A stretch of 57,063 bases of DNA, taken from the NCBI GenBank assembly GCA_943327105.2, contig CALPVV020000002.1:1-57063 (forward strand). The letters run 5' to 3'. Positions 1 through 10,006 of the stretch are shown one piece after another. This DNA is from Nitrosovibrio sp. Nv4. GTDB lineage: Bacteria; Bdellovibrionota; UBA1018; CAIMNF01. Under the pieces are notes generated by a model. That model was not told where the DNA came from. It searched no databases and worked only from the letters and a program-made list of their open reading frames with translations. Made by a program: the position numbers and the translations under genes. The first letter of the stretch is position 1, and every line of letters starts with the position of its first letter.

Positions 1-474
1 CGTGATGTCGATCTCACTGAATACGGAATGATCATCGACCCAAGTGGAGTTTATTTTCACCCCGAATCGATTTACGGACTCAGCGGTTTTGCGACACCTT
101 CAGAAGTACCTGGATTCAATTTTGAATATGATGCCGACCGATTCTTTGAAGAGCACATCTGGGCACCATTGTATGAGCGCTCAACCGCATTTGAAAGCTT
201 GAAGCATGTGAGTGGGTGGGCTGGGTTATATGAAAACTCTCCGGATCATCATGCGATTGTAGGTAAGGTCTCTTCATTGGTTGGCTCAAGCGGGTCGCCG
301 ATTTATGAAGCTCATTCTTTCTCAGGTCACGGGGCCATGCAGAGCTATGCCGTTGGTATTGCCCTTGCAGAACTGATGGTGAAGGGGCGATATGAAGCCC
401 TAGATCTTGGTGAGCTAAGTGGCGATCGTTTTGTGAATGGCCACTCAATTGCCGGCGAAACCTGGGTTATTTGA
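1..474 (+). CDS. FAD-dependent oxidoreductase (DAO/sarcosine-oxidase-like), C-terminal part; 5' end lies outside the window
   Basis: The frame is open from base 1, with no stop before the listed Met at 28. The C-terminal segment SGHGAMQSYAVGIALAELMVKG is typical of DAO-family flavoenzymes. Confidence 0.55.
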   Translation, partial: RDVDLTEYGMIIDPSGVYFHPESIYGLSGFATPSEVPGFNFEYDADRFFEEHIWAPLYERSTAFESLKHVSGWAGLYENSPDHHAIVGKVSSLVGSSGSPIYEAHSFSGHGAMQSYAVGIALAELMVKGRYEALDLGELSGDRFVNGHSIAGETWVI

Positions 475-520
475 TTACCGCAATTCACGGATGATTCTTC
501 ATTAAACATCCATTACACTG

Positions 521-1981
521 ATGAGCATGATGATCAGCGAAGCATTTCAACTTCCCGTGTACGGGCTTATGGCCCTTTTGGTTTACTTCATCAGCCTCTT
601 GGCGATTTCCTTTTATCGCGCCCGCTCGGCAACCCTTTCTGATTACTATATCGGCAGTCACAATTCCACCTGGTGGCTCATTACACTGGGAATGATCAGT
701 GATTCGGTTTCGGGGGTCACGTTTGTTTCAGTGCCCGGTTCTGTCTTTAATCAGGGTTATTCTTATTTTCAGATCGTCCTTGGTTATTTTCTCGGATACA
801 TGATCATCACTACAGTCTTGTTGCCGTTGTACTACAAACGAAACCTGATCTCGATTTATTCTTATCTGGGAGAACGCTTCGGACTTTATGCCCAGAAAAC
901 AGCATCAGTGTTGTTCATTTCTTCACGAACATTTGGTTCAGCTGCGAGGCTTTACATCTCGGTCATGATTTTGCATCAATGTTTGCTTGCTGATTTTGAG
1001 ATCAGTCCGATTTTTTCTTTCACCGCTGCCATGGCAATGATTGTTCTTTATACCTATAAAGGGGGAATCAAAAGTCTGGTGTGGACAGAGGCATTTCAAT
1101 CGGTGATTTTACTGGTTTCGATTTTTGCAATTGGGGTGATGCTTTGGATGAAGGTACCTGACCCGATTACAGAAATTTTAAAACCGACTCTTTTCTTCAC
1201 AGACCCCATGAAACCGAATTTTTTTCTGAAAGCGATTCTTGGTGGAATGCTCATTACCAGTTCAATGAACGGTCTTGATCAGAATATCATGCAGATGAAC
1301 TTGAGTTGCCGCAACGTGGGTGATGCAAAGAAAAACATGTTTACCCTGGCGTTTGTCATGGTTGCGGTCAATTTTGTGTTTTTGGCGATCGGAGCATTGG
1401 CAAAAGCCCATTATGAAGAGCGTGGCCTACCGATACCGATGATTTCAGGCGGTGGGGTCGCCACTGACCAAGCCTTGCCGTTTCTTGCTTTGAATCATCT
1501 TGGCCGTTTTCCTGCATTGATGTTCATCGTGGGTCTTGCAGCCGCAACATTCAGCAGTGCAGGTACGATTTTACCTGCAATCGCATCTTCAATCGAGATT
1601 GATTTGTTTCCCGAAAGCTGGCGAAATCGGGTTCCAGTGAGAGTGGTGCATACGCTCGCTGCGGTGTTGATTTTGATTTTGATTTTTGCGATTTATGCAG
1701 CAGGTGCGAAGTCCTTGATTGATCTTGTACTTCGTTGTTCTGGTTATACTTATGGTCCATTGATCGGTCTATATGGAATCGGAATTTTCACTTCGATCAA
1801 ATTGCACCATCATCGTGTGCCCTATCTCTGTGGGGTAGCCATTCTTCTGACGGCGTTGCTTGATTTTTATAGCGAGTCATTGTTTGAAGGGTACAAGCTA
1901 GGCGTTGAGCTCATTGCCGTAAATGCTTTGTTTTTTCTGATGCTGACCATGGTTTTTGGTAGAGATAGAAGCCGTCAATAA
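521..1981 (+). CDS. sodium:solute symporter (SSF) family transporter
   Basis: 486-aa multi-pass hydrophobic protein. Its layout and motifs (GSHNSTWW, GGIKSLVWTEAFQ) are typical of SSF permeases. Confidence 0.75.
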   Translation: MSMMISEAFQLPVYGLMALLVYFISLLAISFYRARSATLSDYYIGSHNSTWWLITLGMISDSVSGVTFVSVPGSVFNQGYSYFQIVLGYFLGYMIITTVLLPLYYKRNLISIYSYLGERFGLYAQKTASVLFISSRTFGSAARLYISVMILHQCLLADFEISPIFSFTAAMAMIVLYTYKGGIKSLVWTEAFQSVILLVSIFAIGVMLWMKVPDPITEILKPTLFFTDPMKPNFFLKAILGGMLITSSMNGLDQNIMQMNLSCRNVGDAKKNMFTLAFVMVAVNFVFLAIGALAKAHYEERGLPIPMISGGGVATDQALPFLALNHLGRFPALMFIVGLAAATFSSAGTILPAIASSIEIDLFPESWRNRVPVRVVHTLAAVLILILIFAIYAAGAKSLIDLVLRCSGYTYGPLIGLYGIGIFTSIKLHHHRVPYLCGVAILLTALLDFYSESLFEGYKLGVELIAVNALFFLMLTMVFGRDRSRQ

Positions 1982-2025
1982 TTAGCCATTTTGTCTTGTT
2001 TTTTTGTCTTTGATACAATGATTGG

Positions 2026-3543
2026 GTGAAAAAAGAACGCCTGAAATGGAGTAGTTTGTCCTCATTCGGTTTTTCCATTCTATTGATGGAGGCTTTTGTT
2101 TCACCAGTGAGTGCAACTCCGAAATCGACTCCGACTCCGTCACCCTCGGTTGCATCTTTTTCGTGTCCTGAAAAAGAGTATCGACTTGATCAGGAGGGTA
2201 GGCCGCTTTCGTATGCACCGGTTCTTGATCAAGATGATCTTGGAATTTGTTATGCCAGTACTGCTGCACTGATGTTGCAAGCAGTAGACCCGTTTCATCG
2301 AAATTTTTCAGCTCTTGAACTTTCATTGCAGGCTAAAAAAAACGAACTCCTAAAAGGTTCCGTTAAATACTTATCCGGATCAGGTAAAACTGCCGAGTCG
2401 TTTAATGAAAGCGGCAACACTTGCGATGCAATCAACATTTCACCGATCAGTCTTTGCCCAAGAGAATTCAGCATTCTCGAAAATTCAGGTCTAAGTACCT
2501 ATGCCGATGCGGTTTCCAGAGGCTCGTCAACCAATCCATTCAGTGGAAGTAAAAAAACATCTTCAAGCAACCCATTTTCAAATGAATCTGTCAGTGGTCC
2601 TGGGGACAATATATTCGGAAAAGATGAAATGAATGTCGATGGCCCATCAGGTTCATCAATTGATCCGATAGCAAAACAGGCTGCTGTTTTGCACGAGGTT
2701 GCAAACTTGATGGAGTATTTGAAGAAAGAAAAGGTTGCTAATCCGAAACTCTATGAGGAATTGAAAGAAAATGCCCCTGCATTACTGGCACTTTTCAAGA
2801 AGAATGTCACAGGTCAATCCAAACCGGTCTATTCTTTTGAAAAGTTCAAGTTGGGTTTAGGCAGTAAGTTGAGTGCGAATACCGGATGGGAAAAATGCAC
2901 TCAAGGGGAATTGAGTGAGCTTAAAAAGAACATCACTGCAATTGCCAATGCGTTTAGTGCCTTGAACGGAGAAGAGCATTTTGAAGCCTTTTTGCAGAGC
3001 TTGTCCAACCCGAATGTAGATCTGATTTTGGGTGCGATTTCACCGGCATGCATGATTCCCAAAAACCGAGTGGTTTTGAAAGACAAGGTTAGCTGCGACT
3101 CGATCAATCTTGATAATCCGGCTTCATTGACCACACCAGAAAAACAGGAAACTGCGAGAAAAAACTTTGGTGCAGCAATCTTGAAAAGATTGAACCCAAA
3201 TAATGATCCTCTTCCCGTTGGACTAAGAATGTGTTCGGCACTATTGAAGCAGCCAAGTTATACGCCAAGTTGGAAAGCCTTGAATAATTGCTCGGCTAAT
3301 AACGGTGATTCGCATTTCGTGACCATTATCGGTGCTAGGAAATCAAAAGATCAGAAGTCTTGTGAGTTTTTAGTTCAAAATTCTTGGGGTGCTCATTGTG
3401 AGTCGAATACCCATCAAGGTTGTGAAAACGGTAAGACATGGATCAAAGATACTCATTTGCTTCAAAACTCATATGAATTGGATGTCATGACGGTGAGCAG
3501 GCTTGATTCGGTTGTTACTAATAAAAAGGGAGCGAATGAATGA
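2026..3543 (+). CDS. secreted papain-fold (C1-like) cysteine peptidase with a very long Cys-to-His insertion
   Basis: GTG start and an N-terminal signal peptide. Gln69-x5-Cys75 (DQDDLGICYAS) matches the papain oxyanion Gln/catalytic Cys spacing. His430 (DSHFVTIIG) is followed by QN452-SWG, matching the papain His...NSWG signature. A Ser/Pro/Asn-rich low-complexity region lies between them. Confidence 0.5.
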   Translation: MKKERLKWSSLSSFGFSILLMEAFVSPVSATPKSTPTPSPSVASFSCPEKEYRLDQEGRPLSYAPVLDQDDLGICYASTAALMLQAVDPFHRNFSALELSLQAKKNELLKGSVKYLSGSGKTAESFNESGNTCDAINISPISLCPREFSILENSGLSTYADAVSRGSSTNPFSGSKKTSSSNPFSNESVSGPGDNIFGKDEMNVDGPSGSSIDPIAKQAAVLHEVANLMEYLKKEKVANPKLYEELKENAPALLALFKKNVTGQSKPVYSFEKFKLGLGSKLSANTGWEKCTQGELSELKKNITAIANAFSALNGEEHFEAFLQSLSNPNVDLILGAISPACMIPKNRVVLKDKVSCDSINLDNPASLTTPEKQETARKNFGAAILKRLNPNNDPLPVGLRMCSALLKQPSYTPSWKALNNCSANNGDSHFVTIIGARKSKDQKSCEFLVQNSWGAHCESNTHQGCENGKTWIKDTHLLQNSYELDVMTVSRLDSVVTNKKGANE

Positions 3544-3902
3544 GATCCATATTCTGGGCTTCTACGATGTTTTTCTTGAGCACATTGCCTCTTCATGCAG
3601 CAACCATTGCAAAGAAAACGGTTTATTTATCCAATACTCCGTATGTGGTTCATGAAGTGAGGCCCGGAATTTGGGCAAGTGAGAATTGCATCAGGGACTG
3701 TCAGGCATTGAAGGCCGTTGATCGAGTGAATCAAAGGCGGGATCGGAAAGAGCCCAATCTCGGAGGTCGAAATCCCAGAGCCTGGCGTTGTATGAACTTG
3801 GCAGGCGGTTTGGTGGCGATTTTGGCTGACGAGAAGGGTAATCAGGATTCGTATTGTGTTTTTAAAGACCAAAGCATGGTCGATTGTGGGGCATTCAAAT
3901 GA
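3540..3902 (+). CDS. small secreted protein, DUF333-like C-terminal domain
   Basis: Signal peptide present. The C-terminal RNPRAWRCMNLAGGLVAILADEKGNQDSYCVFKDQSMVDCGAF fits the DUF333 pattern NPxxxxCxxxGG...CxFxDxSxxxxxAF. Its start overlaps the stop of the upstream peptidase gene (ATGA). Confidence 0.45.
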   Translation: MRSIFWASTMFFLSTLPLHAATIAKKTVYLSNTPYVVHEVRPGIWASENCIRDCQALKAVDRVNQRRDRKEPNLGGRNPRAWRCMNLAGGLVAILADEKGNQDSYCVFKDQSMVDCGAFK

Positions 3903-4633
3903 AGAAAATTATTTTTGTGTTTTCAATGTTGGTTTCATTTTCGGTAGCGACACAAGCGTTCGCAGAACAGCCGATTGCACTTGTTTATAATGGTCCTGGT
4001 GCCTGTTTGAATTGCTGGACCTCGGCGGCGCAAAGTGCACGATTAGCAGGGTTTAAAGTTAAAATTGTGAATGCCCGCCTTCGGGATTACAGCATATTCA
4101 ATCAGGCTAAACTGTGGGTTCAGCCTGGTGGAAATTCAAGAGCAGCTTCAAAGGCTATGGGGTCAAAAATGTTGTCTGCGATCCGGAATTTTGTATTTTC
4201 CGGCGGTGGATATGTCGGTTTTTGTGCCGGCGCATTTTTATCTACTGAACGGGTGGGTACAACCAAGTTGGAAGGACTGGGAATTATTCCGGGACGGACC
4301 GAGTTGTGGGATAAAGCAGATGGACGCGGACGGATGATTGATATTGCCTGGGAAAATGATGTTCGATCGATTTATTATCATGGCGGACCTTTTATTGATT
4401 TGAACGGAGTTAGCGAGCCTTCGTTAAGAATTACTTCCCGTTATGATGACGGAAGCACTAACGGGTTAACGGTGAACTATGGTGCGGGAAGAGTTGCTGT
4501 GACGGGTGCCCATCCGGAAGCGAGTAAAATCTGGAAAGCGATGAAGTTGGTCAGAGACCGTGATGGGAGTGATCAGCCGCTAGTGGTGAAAATGATGAAG
4601 TGGGCAGTGAAAGATTCGGATATTCAATGGTGA
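3899..4633 (+). CDS. secreted class-I glutamine-amidotransferase-like / BPL_N-domain protein
   Basis: Start placed at MKKIIFVF, which carries a signal peptide and gives an ATGA overlap with the upstream stop. The motif FSGGGYVGFCAGAF resembles the nucleophile elbow of BPL_N/GATase1-like folds. Confidence 0.5.
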   Translation: MKKIIFVFSMLVSFSVATQAFAEQPIALVYNGPGACLNCWTSAAQSARLAGFKVKIVNARLRDYSIFNQAKLWVQPGGNSRAASKAMGSKMLSAIRNFVFSGGGYVGFCAGAFLSTERVGTTKLEGLGIIPGRTELWDKADGRGRMIDIAWENDVRSIYYHGGPFIDLNGVSEPSLRITSRYDDGSTNGLTVNYGAGRVAVTGAHPEASKIWKAMKLVRDRDGSDQPLVVKMMKWAVKDSDIQW

Positions 4634-5709
4634 TTCAAGATAGTGCCCGATCAAAAAAAATAAAAAGCCTCCTATCAGAGGCGGTAGCCATGCAGATTGG
4701 TTCAGGCATGGTTGCGGCTTGGGGCGATTTCAGTGATTGGTCAGGGGTGAGCGTTGTTTTTGCTGGAACTGAAAGCCTCATTTCCTCAAATAAAACAGAT
4801 CAAAATACGGTCTTTGATCTTGCATCGTTGACGAAAATTCTTGCCACTACTGCTCTATACATGAAGTGGCTGGAGTCTGGATTGATCGATCTCGATTCAC
4901 TGTATCCTGCTCGTGAATTCACATTCAGGCAGTTACTTGCACATTCTTCAGGTTTACCCGCTTGGAAACCATTCTATGAAGAGATGATTTCTCATTTTGG
5001 TTCTGACCGGGCTTTGATTCAGACACCGATACAGGAACGTAAAAATTATTTTTATGATTTGGTTTCCAATGTGCCTGTTGAGCGTGCGCCGGGTGAAAAA
5101 ATCGTCTATTCCGACTTGGGTTTTATTTTGCTCGGAAAACATGCAGAAAAAATAACTGGTATTTCACTCGACGAATTGCTCAAGCGCGAAGTTTGGAATG
5201 GGATCAATGGCTGTGAATTGGAATACCGTCCATTATCTTCAAGAAGAAATGTTTTGGCGGGCATTGCTGCCACTGAAAACTGTCCCTGGCGGGGGTTGTT
5301 GCAGGGGGAAGTGCACGATGACAATGCCTGGAGCATGGGTGGAGTTGCGGGACATGCGGGAGTTTTTGGTTCGGTCAATGATGTGATCGCTTGGGTTCGT
5401 GCATTGGTTGAAGGAAAAATAGCGGGTTTTGCAACATTACGAAAGTTTTCAGAATCACAGAGTGATTCATTTGGTGCACGAAGGGCATTGGGGTTTGATG
5501 TTCCAGCGGTAGATGGAACCGGTTCTACCGGTTTTGTTTTTCCATCTTCCTCAATCGGTCATCTTGGTTTTGTGGGGACCTCGCTTTGGATTGATCTTGA
5601 TCAAGGTCGATTTGCGATCCTGTTAACGAATCGTGTTCATCCGTCTCGTGAAGATATTCGAATTCGTGATTTGCGCAGGGCTTTTCATCAGGCTCTTTCC
5701 GTGCCTTGA
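4627..5709 (+). CDS. serine hydrolase, beta-lactamase/PBP4*-like family
   Basis: S-x-x-K motif (ASLTKIL), a YSDLGF second motif and a C-terminal HLGFVGTS motif. The start is ambiguous (4600, 4627 or 4690). 4627 gives an ATGGTGA overlap with the upstream stop. Confidence 0.8.
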   Translation: MVIQDSARSKKIKSLLSEAVAMQIGSGMVAAWGDFSDWSGVSVVFAGTESLISSNKTDQNTVFDLASLTKILATTALYMKWLESGLIDLDSLYPAREFTFRQLLAHSSGLPAWKPFYEEMISHFGSDRALIQTPIQERKNYFYDLVSNVPVERAPGEKIVYSDLGFILLGKHAEKITGISLDELLKREVWNGINGCELEYRPLSSRRNVLAGIAATENCPWRGLLQGEVHDDNAWSMGGVAGHAGVFGSVNDVIAWVRALVEGKIAGFATLRKFSESQSDSFGARRALGFDVPAVDGTGSTGFVFPSSSIGHLGFVGTSLWIDLDQGRFAILLTNRVHPSREDIRIRDLRRAFHQALSVP

Positions 5710-5763
5710 TCGGTTGCTTTTCATGTTCATTCCGTTTATGCTTGTCGGGGAGACCTCCACATC

Positions 5764-6240
5764 ATGAGTATATCCTTCAAAGACACTGTTTTTCTTCGTG
5801 CGTTTTCATTTTACAAGATCCCGCTTTTGTTCTGGGTGAATCCGACGGTAGTGAAAATGAATGATGAAGAAGTCGTGATTTCAATTCCCTTTCAAAGAAG
5901 AAATAAAAATCATCTTGGTTCAATGTATTTTGGAACCCTTTGCATCGGAGCAGATGCCGCTGGCGGTTATATCGCTGCTCGGGCACTCCAAGAACTTAAA
6001 AAAGGAAAAGGTTCGCTGATCTTCAAGGATTTTCAGGCGAAATTCTTGAAACGCCCTGAAGGCCGCACTTATTTTACTTGTAAGGATGGTCTCAAAATTC
6101 GCGATGCGGTCAAGAAAGCTGAAGAAACCCTTGAACGAGTCGACTTGCCGGTAACGATCATTGCTACTGTTCCTGAGGTGTCTGGTGATGCGCCAGTGGC
6201 TGAGTTCGTGCTGACTTTGTCGTTGAAAGTAAAAGTTTAA
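5764..6240 (+). CDS. hotdog-fold thioesterase-like protein (DUF4442-like)
   Basis: 158 aa. The NHLGSMYFGTLCIGADAAGG segment resembles PaaI/DUF4442 hotdog proteins. Confidence 0.45.
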   Translation: MSISFKDTVFLRAFSFYKIPLLFWVNPTVVKMNDEEVVISIPFQRRNKNHLGSMYFGTLCIGADAAGGYIAARALQELKKGKGSLIFKDFQAKFLKRPEGRTYFTCKDGLKIRDAVKKAEETLERVDLPVTIIATVPEVSGDAPVAEFVLTLSLKVKV

Positions 6241-6265
6241 ATCATAATATTAATCGGAGTGCATC

Positions 6266-7087
6266 GTGGCTAAACAAAAAGTAAAACCAGTGAAATTCAA
6301 TAAGTATTTATATTACGAAAACTCGGTCCAGACGCCTGAGCAACATGTTGAGATTTACGATAAGATGTTCAAGGATATTCGCAAGCGTGAAGCGATGAGT
6401 TTGCGTGAGGATTTTTGTGGAACTTTTCTGATTTCATGCGAATGGGTTAAATCAAACGAAAAACGCACTGCTACCGGGATGGATCTCGACCCTGAACCGG
6501 TTGGATACGGAATGAAAAACGGGTATCGTAAACTGAACCCTGCTCAGAAAAAAAGAGTCCGGGTTTATTTGCAAGACGTGTGTACGCCGACCAATGAGAA
6601 ATTTGATGTCATCGGTGCTGCCAATTTTTCATTTAATATTTTTAAAACCCGTGAACAGTTGAAGAAATATTTTGTTGCTGCAAAAAACTCCCTCCATAAA
6701 GACGGGATTTTCAACCTTGAGCTTGCCGGTGGGCCTGGCCTGATCAAAGAGGGCAAGGAACAAAAAACCTATAATGTGAAAGAAGTGGGTGGAAAGTACA
6801 CTTACTACTGGGATCAGAAATCATTTGATCCGATCAATCACCACGGTCTTTTTGCGATTCATTTCAAATCGGTTGATGGAGTGTTCCACAAGGATTGTTT
6901 CGTTTACGATTGGCGTATCTGGTCGATTCCTGAGCTGAAGGAAATCATGCTTGAAGCAGGCTTTAAGGATGTGGTGGTCTATTGGGAAGCGGCAGATAAA
7001 GACGGCAACGGTACGGAAGAATATGTACAGACAGAAAAAGGCGATAATGCCTACTCCTGGATCGCTTTTGTAGTTGGCATCAAGTAA
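6266..7087 (+). CDS. class I SAM-dependent methyltransferase
   Basis: GTG start. LREDFCGTF, GMDLD and DVIGAANFSF follow the order of Rossmann methyltransferase motifs I, II and III. Confidence 0.6.
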   Translation: MAKQKVKPVKFNKYLYYENSVQTPEQHVEIYDKMFKDIRKREAMSLREDFCGTFLISCEWVKSNEKRTATGMDLDPEPVGYGMKNGYRKLNPAQKKRVRVYLQDVCTPTNEKFDVIGAANFSFNIFKTREQLKKYFVAAKNSLHKDGIFNLELAGGPGLIKEGKEQKTYNVKEVGGKYTYYWDQKSFDPINHHGLFAIHFKSVDGVFHKDCFVYDWRIWSIPELKEIMLEAGFKDVVVYWEAADKDGNGTEEYVQTEKGDNAYSWIAFVVGIK

Positions 7088-7109
7088 ATGAGCCTTCTAT
7101 AATAAACCA

Positions 7110-8537
7110 ATGAATTCATTCCGACATGTGCACATTCTTGGAGTTTGTGGAACCCTCATGGGCTCGTTCGCTTCTTATTTGAAGCGTGCAGGGGTCCGGG
7201 TGACGGGGAGCGATCAAAACGTCTATCCGCCGATGAGTGATGTATTGCAGGCATCTGGCGTGGAGTTGTTTTCACCTTATTCGGCCGAAAATCTTCAAAA
7301 AATCATTTCTTCAGATGGTACAAAGCCCGATCTGTATGTCATTGGTAATGTGATTAGTAAGGGGAACGTAGAGATGGCTGCCATTGAGCAAAGTGGCGGG
7401 GTCTTTGTTTCTCTTCCTGAATTCATGGAAAAACATATTTTGCCAAATACCCGCAATTTGGTGGTAGCAGGAACGCACGGTAAGACCACGACATCCAGTG
7501 TATTGGCCCATGTGCTTTCTTCAGCGGGGCAAGACCCCGGTTATTTTATCGGTGGTGTTTCTCATAGTTTGCCACATAGCTTTCATGTCCCGTCGACCCA
7601 GAAATACTTTGTTCTTGAGGGCGATGAATACGATACTGCATTTTGGGACAAGGTACCCAAATTCAATCACTACTTGCCGAATGATGTGATTTTAACATCG
7701 GTTGAGTTCGATCATGCCGATATTTACGCTGATCTTGCTGCGGTGAAAAAGGCTTTTGCCGGTTTGATTTCCCGTATTCGCACTCCTGGAAGATTGATTG
7801 CCTGTATTGAGACTGAAAATGTACGCGAGCTCATTTCAGCATCAAAAGTACCACTGATCACTTATTCCCGTAATGTTGCTGATCAGGCTGATTACACTTT
7901 TTCAGACATGAAGACGGATGGAGTTAAAACCTCATTTGACGTGATTCATCGAGGGTTGAAAAAAGACCATCTCGAGATCAACCTATGTGGTGAGCATAAT
8001 GTATTGAATGCTCTTGCTGTTTATATCGAATGTATGGAATTGGGGTTGCCGGTTGATCAGATCAAAATAGGTCTGGCAACCTTTCAGGGAGTGAAGCGTC
8101 GTCAGGAAGAACGGGGTGAAAAGAATGGCGTTCTGGTCATTGATGATTTCGCCCATCATCCGACTGCAGTACGCGAAACCTTGAAAGCCTTGAAAATGAA
8201 ATACCCAGATCGTCGATTGATTTCGGTATTTGAACCAAGAAGTGCTACATCGAGACGAAAAGTTTTTCAAAAAGAGTACACCGAAGCATTTGACCTGGCT
8301 GATACCGTCTTTATTGCAACCGCTTTCGATCAAAGCAAGATTCCACAAGATCAGCAATTCTCGAGTCAGGAACTGGTCGATGGACTGATTCATCGAGGCG
8401 TGAACGCCGTTTGTTTCGGTGAAGTGGATGAAGGCGTCAAAAGTGTGGCTGCTTCAGCGCGCAAAGGCGATCTGGTTGCCGTACTTTCAAACGGTGGCTT
8501 CGGCGGTTTTATTACTAAACTGCTTTCTACCCTCTAA
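7110..8537 (+). CDS. mpl: UDP-N-acetylmuramate:L-alanyl-gamma-D-glutamyl-meso-diaminopimelate ligase
   Basis: The N-terminus HILGVCGTLMGSFASYLKRAGVRVTGSDQNVYPPMSD is characteristic of Mpl. GTHGKTTTSS is the Mur-ligase P-loop. Length is 475 aa. Confidence 0.9.
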   Translation: MNSFRHVHILGVCGTLMGSFASYLKRAGVRVTGSDQNVYPPMSDVLQASGVELFSPYSAENLQKIISSDGTKPDLYVIGNVISKGNVEMAAIEQSGGVFVSLPEFMEKHILPNTRNLVVAGTHGKTTTSSVLAHVLSSAGQDPGYFIGGVSHSLPHSFHVPSTQKYFVLEGDEYDTAFWDKVPKFNHYLPNDVILTSVEFDHADIYADLAAVKKAFAGLISRIRTPGRLIACIETENVRELISASKVPLITYSRNVADQADYTFSDMKTDGVKTSFDVIHRGLKKDHLEINLCGEHNVLNALAVYIECMELGLPVDQIKIGLATFQGVKRRQEERGEKNGVLVIDDFAHHPTAVRETLKALKMKYPDRRLISVFEPRSATSRRKVFQKEYTEAFDLADTVFIATAFDQSKIPQDQQFSSQELVDGLIHRGVNAVCFGEVDEGVKSVAASARKGDLVAVLSNGGFGGFITKLLSTL

Positions 8538-8590
8538 GAGGCAATATTTGCCGATTTTTTCAATAATCATGTTCGATTATCCTGAGAGGG

Positions 8591-10006
8591 ATGTCATCGG
8601 TTAGTTCATCTCGTTCAAACGATTCTTACGAAGCAGATAAGGCCCAACAAAGGGAAACGCACAATCGCGAACTCAGCGAAGCTAAGACTGATTATGAAAA
8701 AGAATTGATCACCGCCAAGCAGGAATATCAGGAACGCTTGGTTGAGATTAAAAAGCAGGCTGCTGAAGACGTTCGAAAACTAAAAGAAGAGTCATATGAT
8801 TCATTAGGGCGGCGCTATTCCGATTTCGAGCGTGAAGGGATCAGTGAACGGAAGCGGCTTGCAGAGGCTCACCGTGGTGAGTTGGAGAGTATTACAAAAG
8901 AAAAGAATGCTCGTGAGGCTTATCATTCTGAAAAGATTCAAGACGTAATTTCTACTTCGAATCAAAAAAACATTGAAATGCTGAGTGGACAAAAAGAAGA
9001 GTTTGCACGCACATCCGCCGAACAAAAACGCGATGCGGATGCGCTGAAGAAGTATTATGAGACCGAGCTTTCAAATGAAAAATATAAAAACAATAGAACC
9101 ACCCAGAAGCTGGTAAAGGAAAACAATTCTCAATCCGATCGCGCGATCAACGAGCAGTCAAAGCAATATAACGAATATATTCGTAAAAACAGGGAAGAAA
9201 CCCAGGTTAAGTTGAATCAAAAAGACGATGAGATCAAGAAGCTTTCGAATGTCTCTGACCCGACCCAGGTTTCTTTGGAAGCGAGAAAGAAGATCGACGA
9301 TTATCATTATCAACGAAGCAGTGCTGAGCTTGCCGAGGTCAATCAGCGCAATCAAGCAACCGTTGATGCGCTTAGAGATCAGAATGGCAAAATCGTAGAG
9401 CAACTCCATTCAGAAAATTCCGGTCGATTGCATGAGCTTAATCGCGACTTGAGAACCCAGTATCAAAGTGAAAAAAGGGGCCTTGAGCGAAGCTATCTGG
9501 ATTTGGAATCGCGCGCTGAAATGACTGAAAGCAATCTGCGAGCAAAACATGGTGATCAGCAGCAGCGTCAGTATCAAAAACATGCGATCGAAATAAATCA
9601 ACAGGAAGAACGACATCAGGAAAGCCTGAAAGACCAGAAAGCGGTACTGACAGAGGAAAAGTATCGTGAACAGGAAGAAGTTGAGAATAAGCGTAGGAGC
9701 TCTGAGCGAGAGATGACTTATAAACTCAATGATACTCGTCGAGAGTTTGAAAAAAAGATTTTGGATCAACAGGCAGACCATGATCGTGAGATGCAACAGG
9801 TTAAGTTTGATTTTGACAAGAAGCTTCATGAACAGGAGAGATCATCCAAACGCCTCCTCGATGAGCGGGTCAAAGCCTATGAGTTTCAATTGAGCCATCA
9901 GGAAATGCTCGGCAAAGAACAAAAAAGACTTTTAACAGAGCATTATGAGGAAGAACTTGATAAGGTAAAACGTAATCATGCACTCATCTCCAAATCGAAA
10001 AGTTAA
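8591..10006 (+). CDS. long coiled-coil-rich protein (Ccrp / intermediate-filament-like candidate)
   Basis: 471 aa dominated by E/K/R/Q with heptad-like periodicity, and no signal peptide or TM segment. Its 3' end overlaps pyk by 29 nt. Confidence 0.6.
   Translation: MSSVSSSRSNDSYEADKAQQRETHNRELSEAKTDYEKELITAKQEYQERLVEIKKQAAEDVRKLKEESYDSLGRRYSDFEREGISERKRLAEAHRGELESITKEKNAREAYHSEKIQDVISTSNQKNIEMLSGQKEEFARTSAEQKRDADALKKYYETELSNEKYKNNRTTQKLVKENNSQSDRAINEQSKQYNEYIRKNREETQVKLNQKDDEIKKLSNVSDPTQVSLEARKKIDDYHYQRSSAELAEVNQRNQATVDALRDQNGKIVEQLHSENSGRLHELNRDLRTQYQSEKRGLERSYLDLESRAEMTESNLRAKHGDQQQRQYQKHAIEINQQEERHQESLKDQKAVLTEEKYREQEEVENKRRSSEREMTYKLNDTRREFEKKILDQQADHDREMQQVKFDFDKKLHEQERSSKRLLDERVKAYEFQLSHQEMLGKEQKRLLTEHYEEELDKVKRNHALISKSKS

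Noticed and set aside
9410-9829. 139-aa antisense ORF inside the coiled-coil gene
   Set aside because: It is the hydrophobic, Leu/Phe-rich mirror translation of a Lys/Glu-rich gene, and no independent start context is visible.
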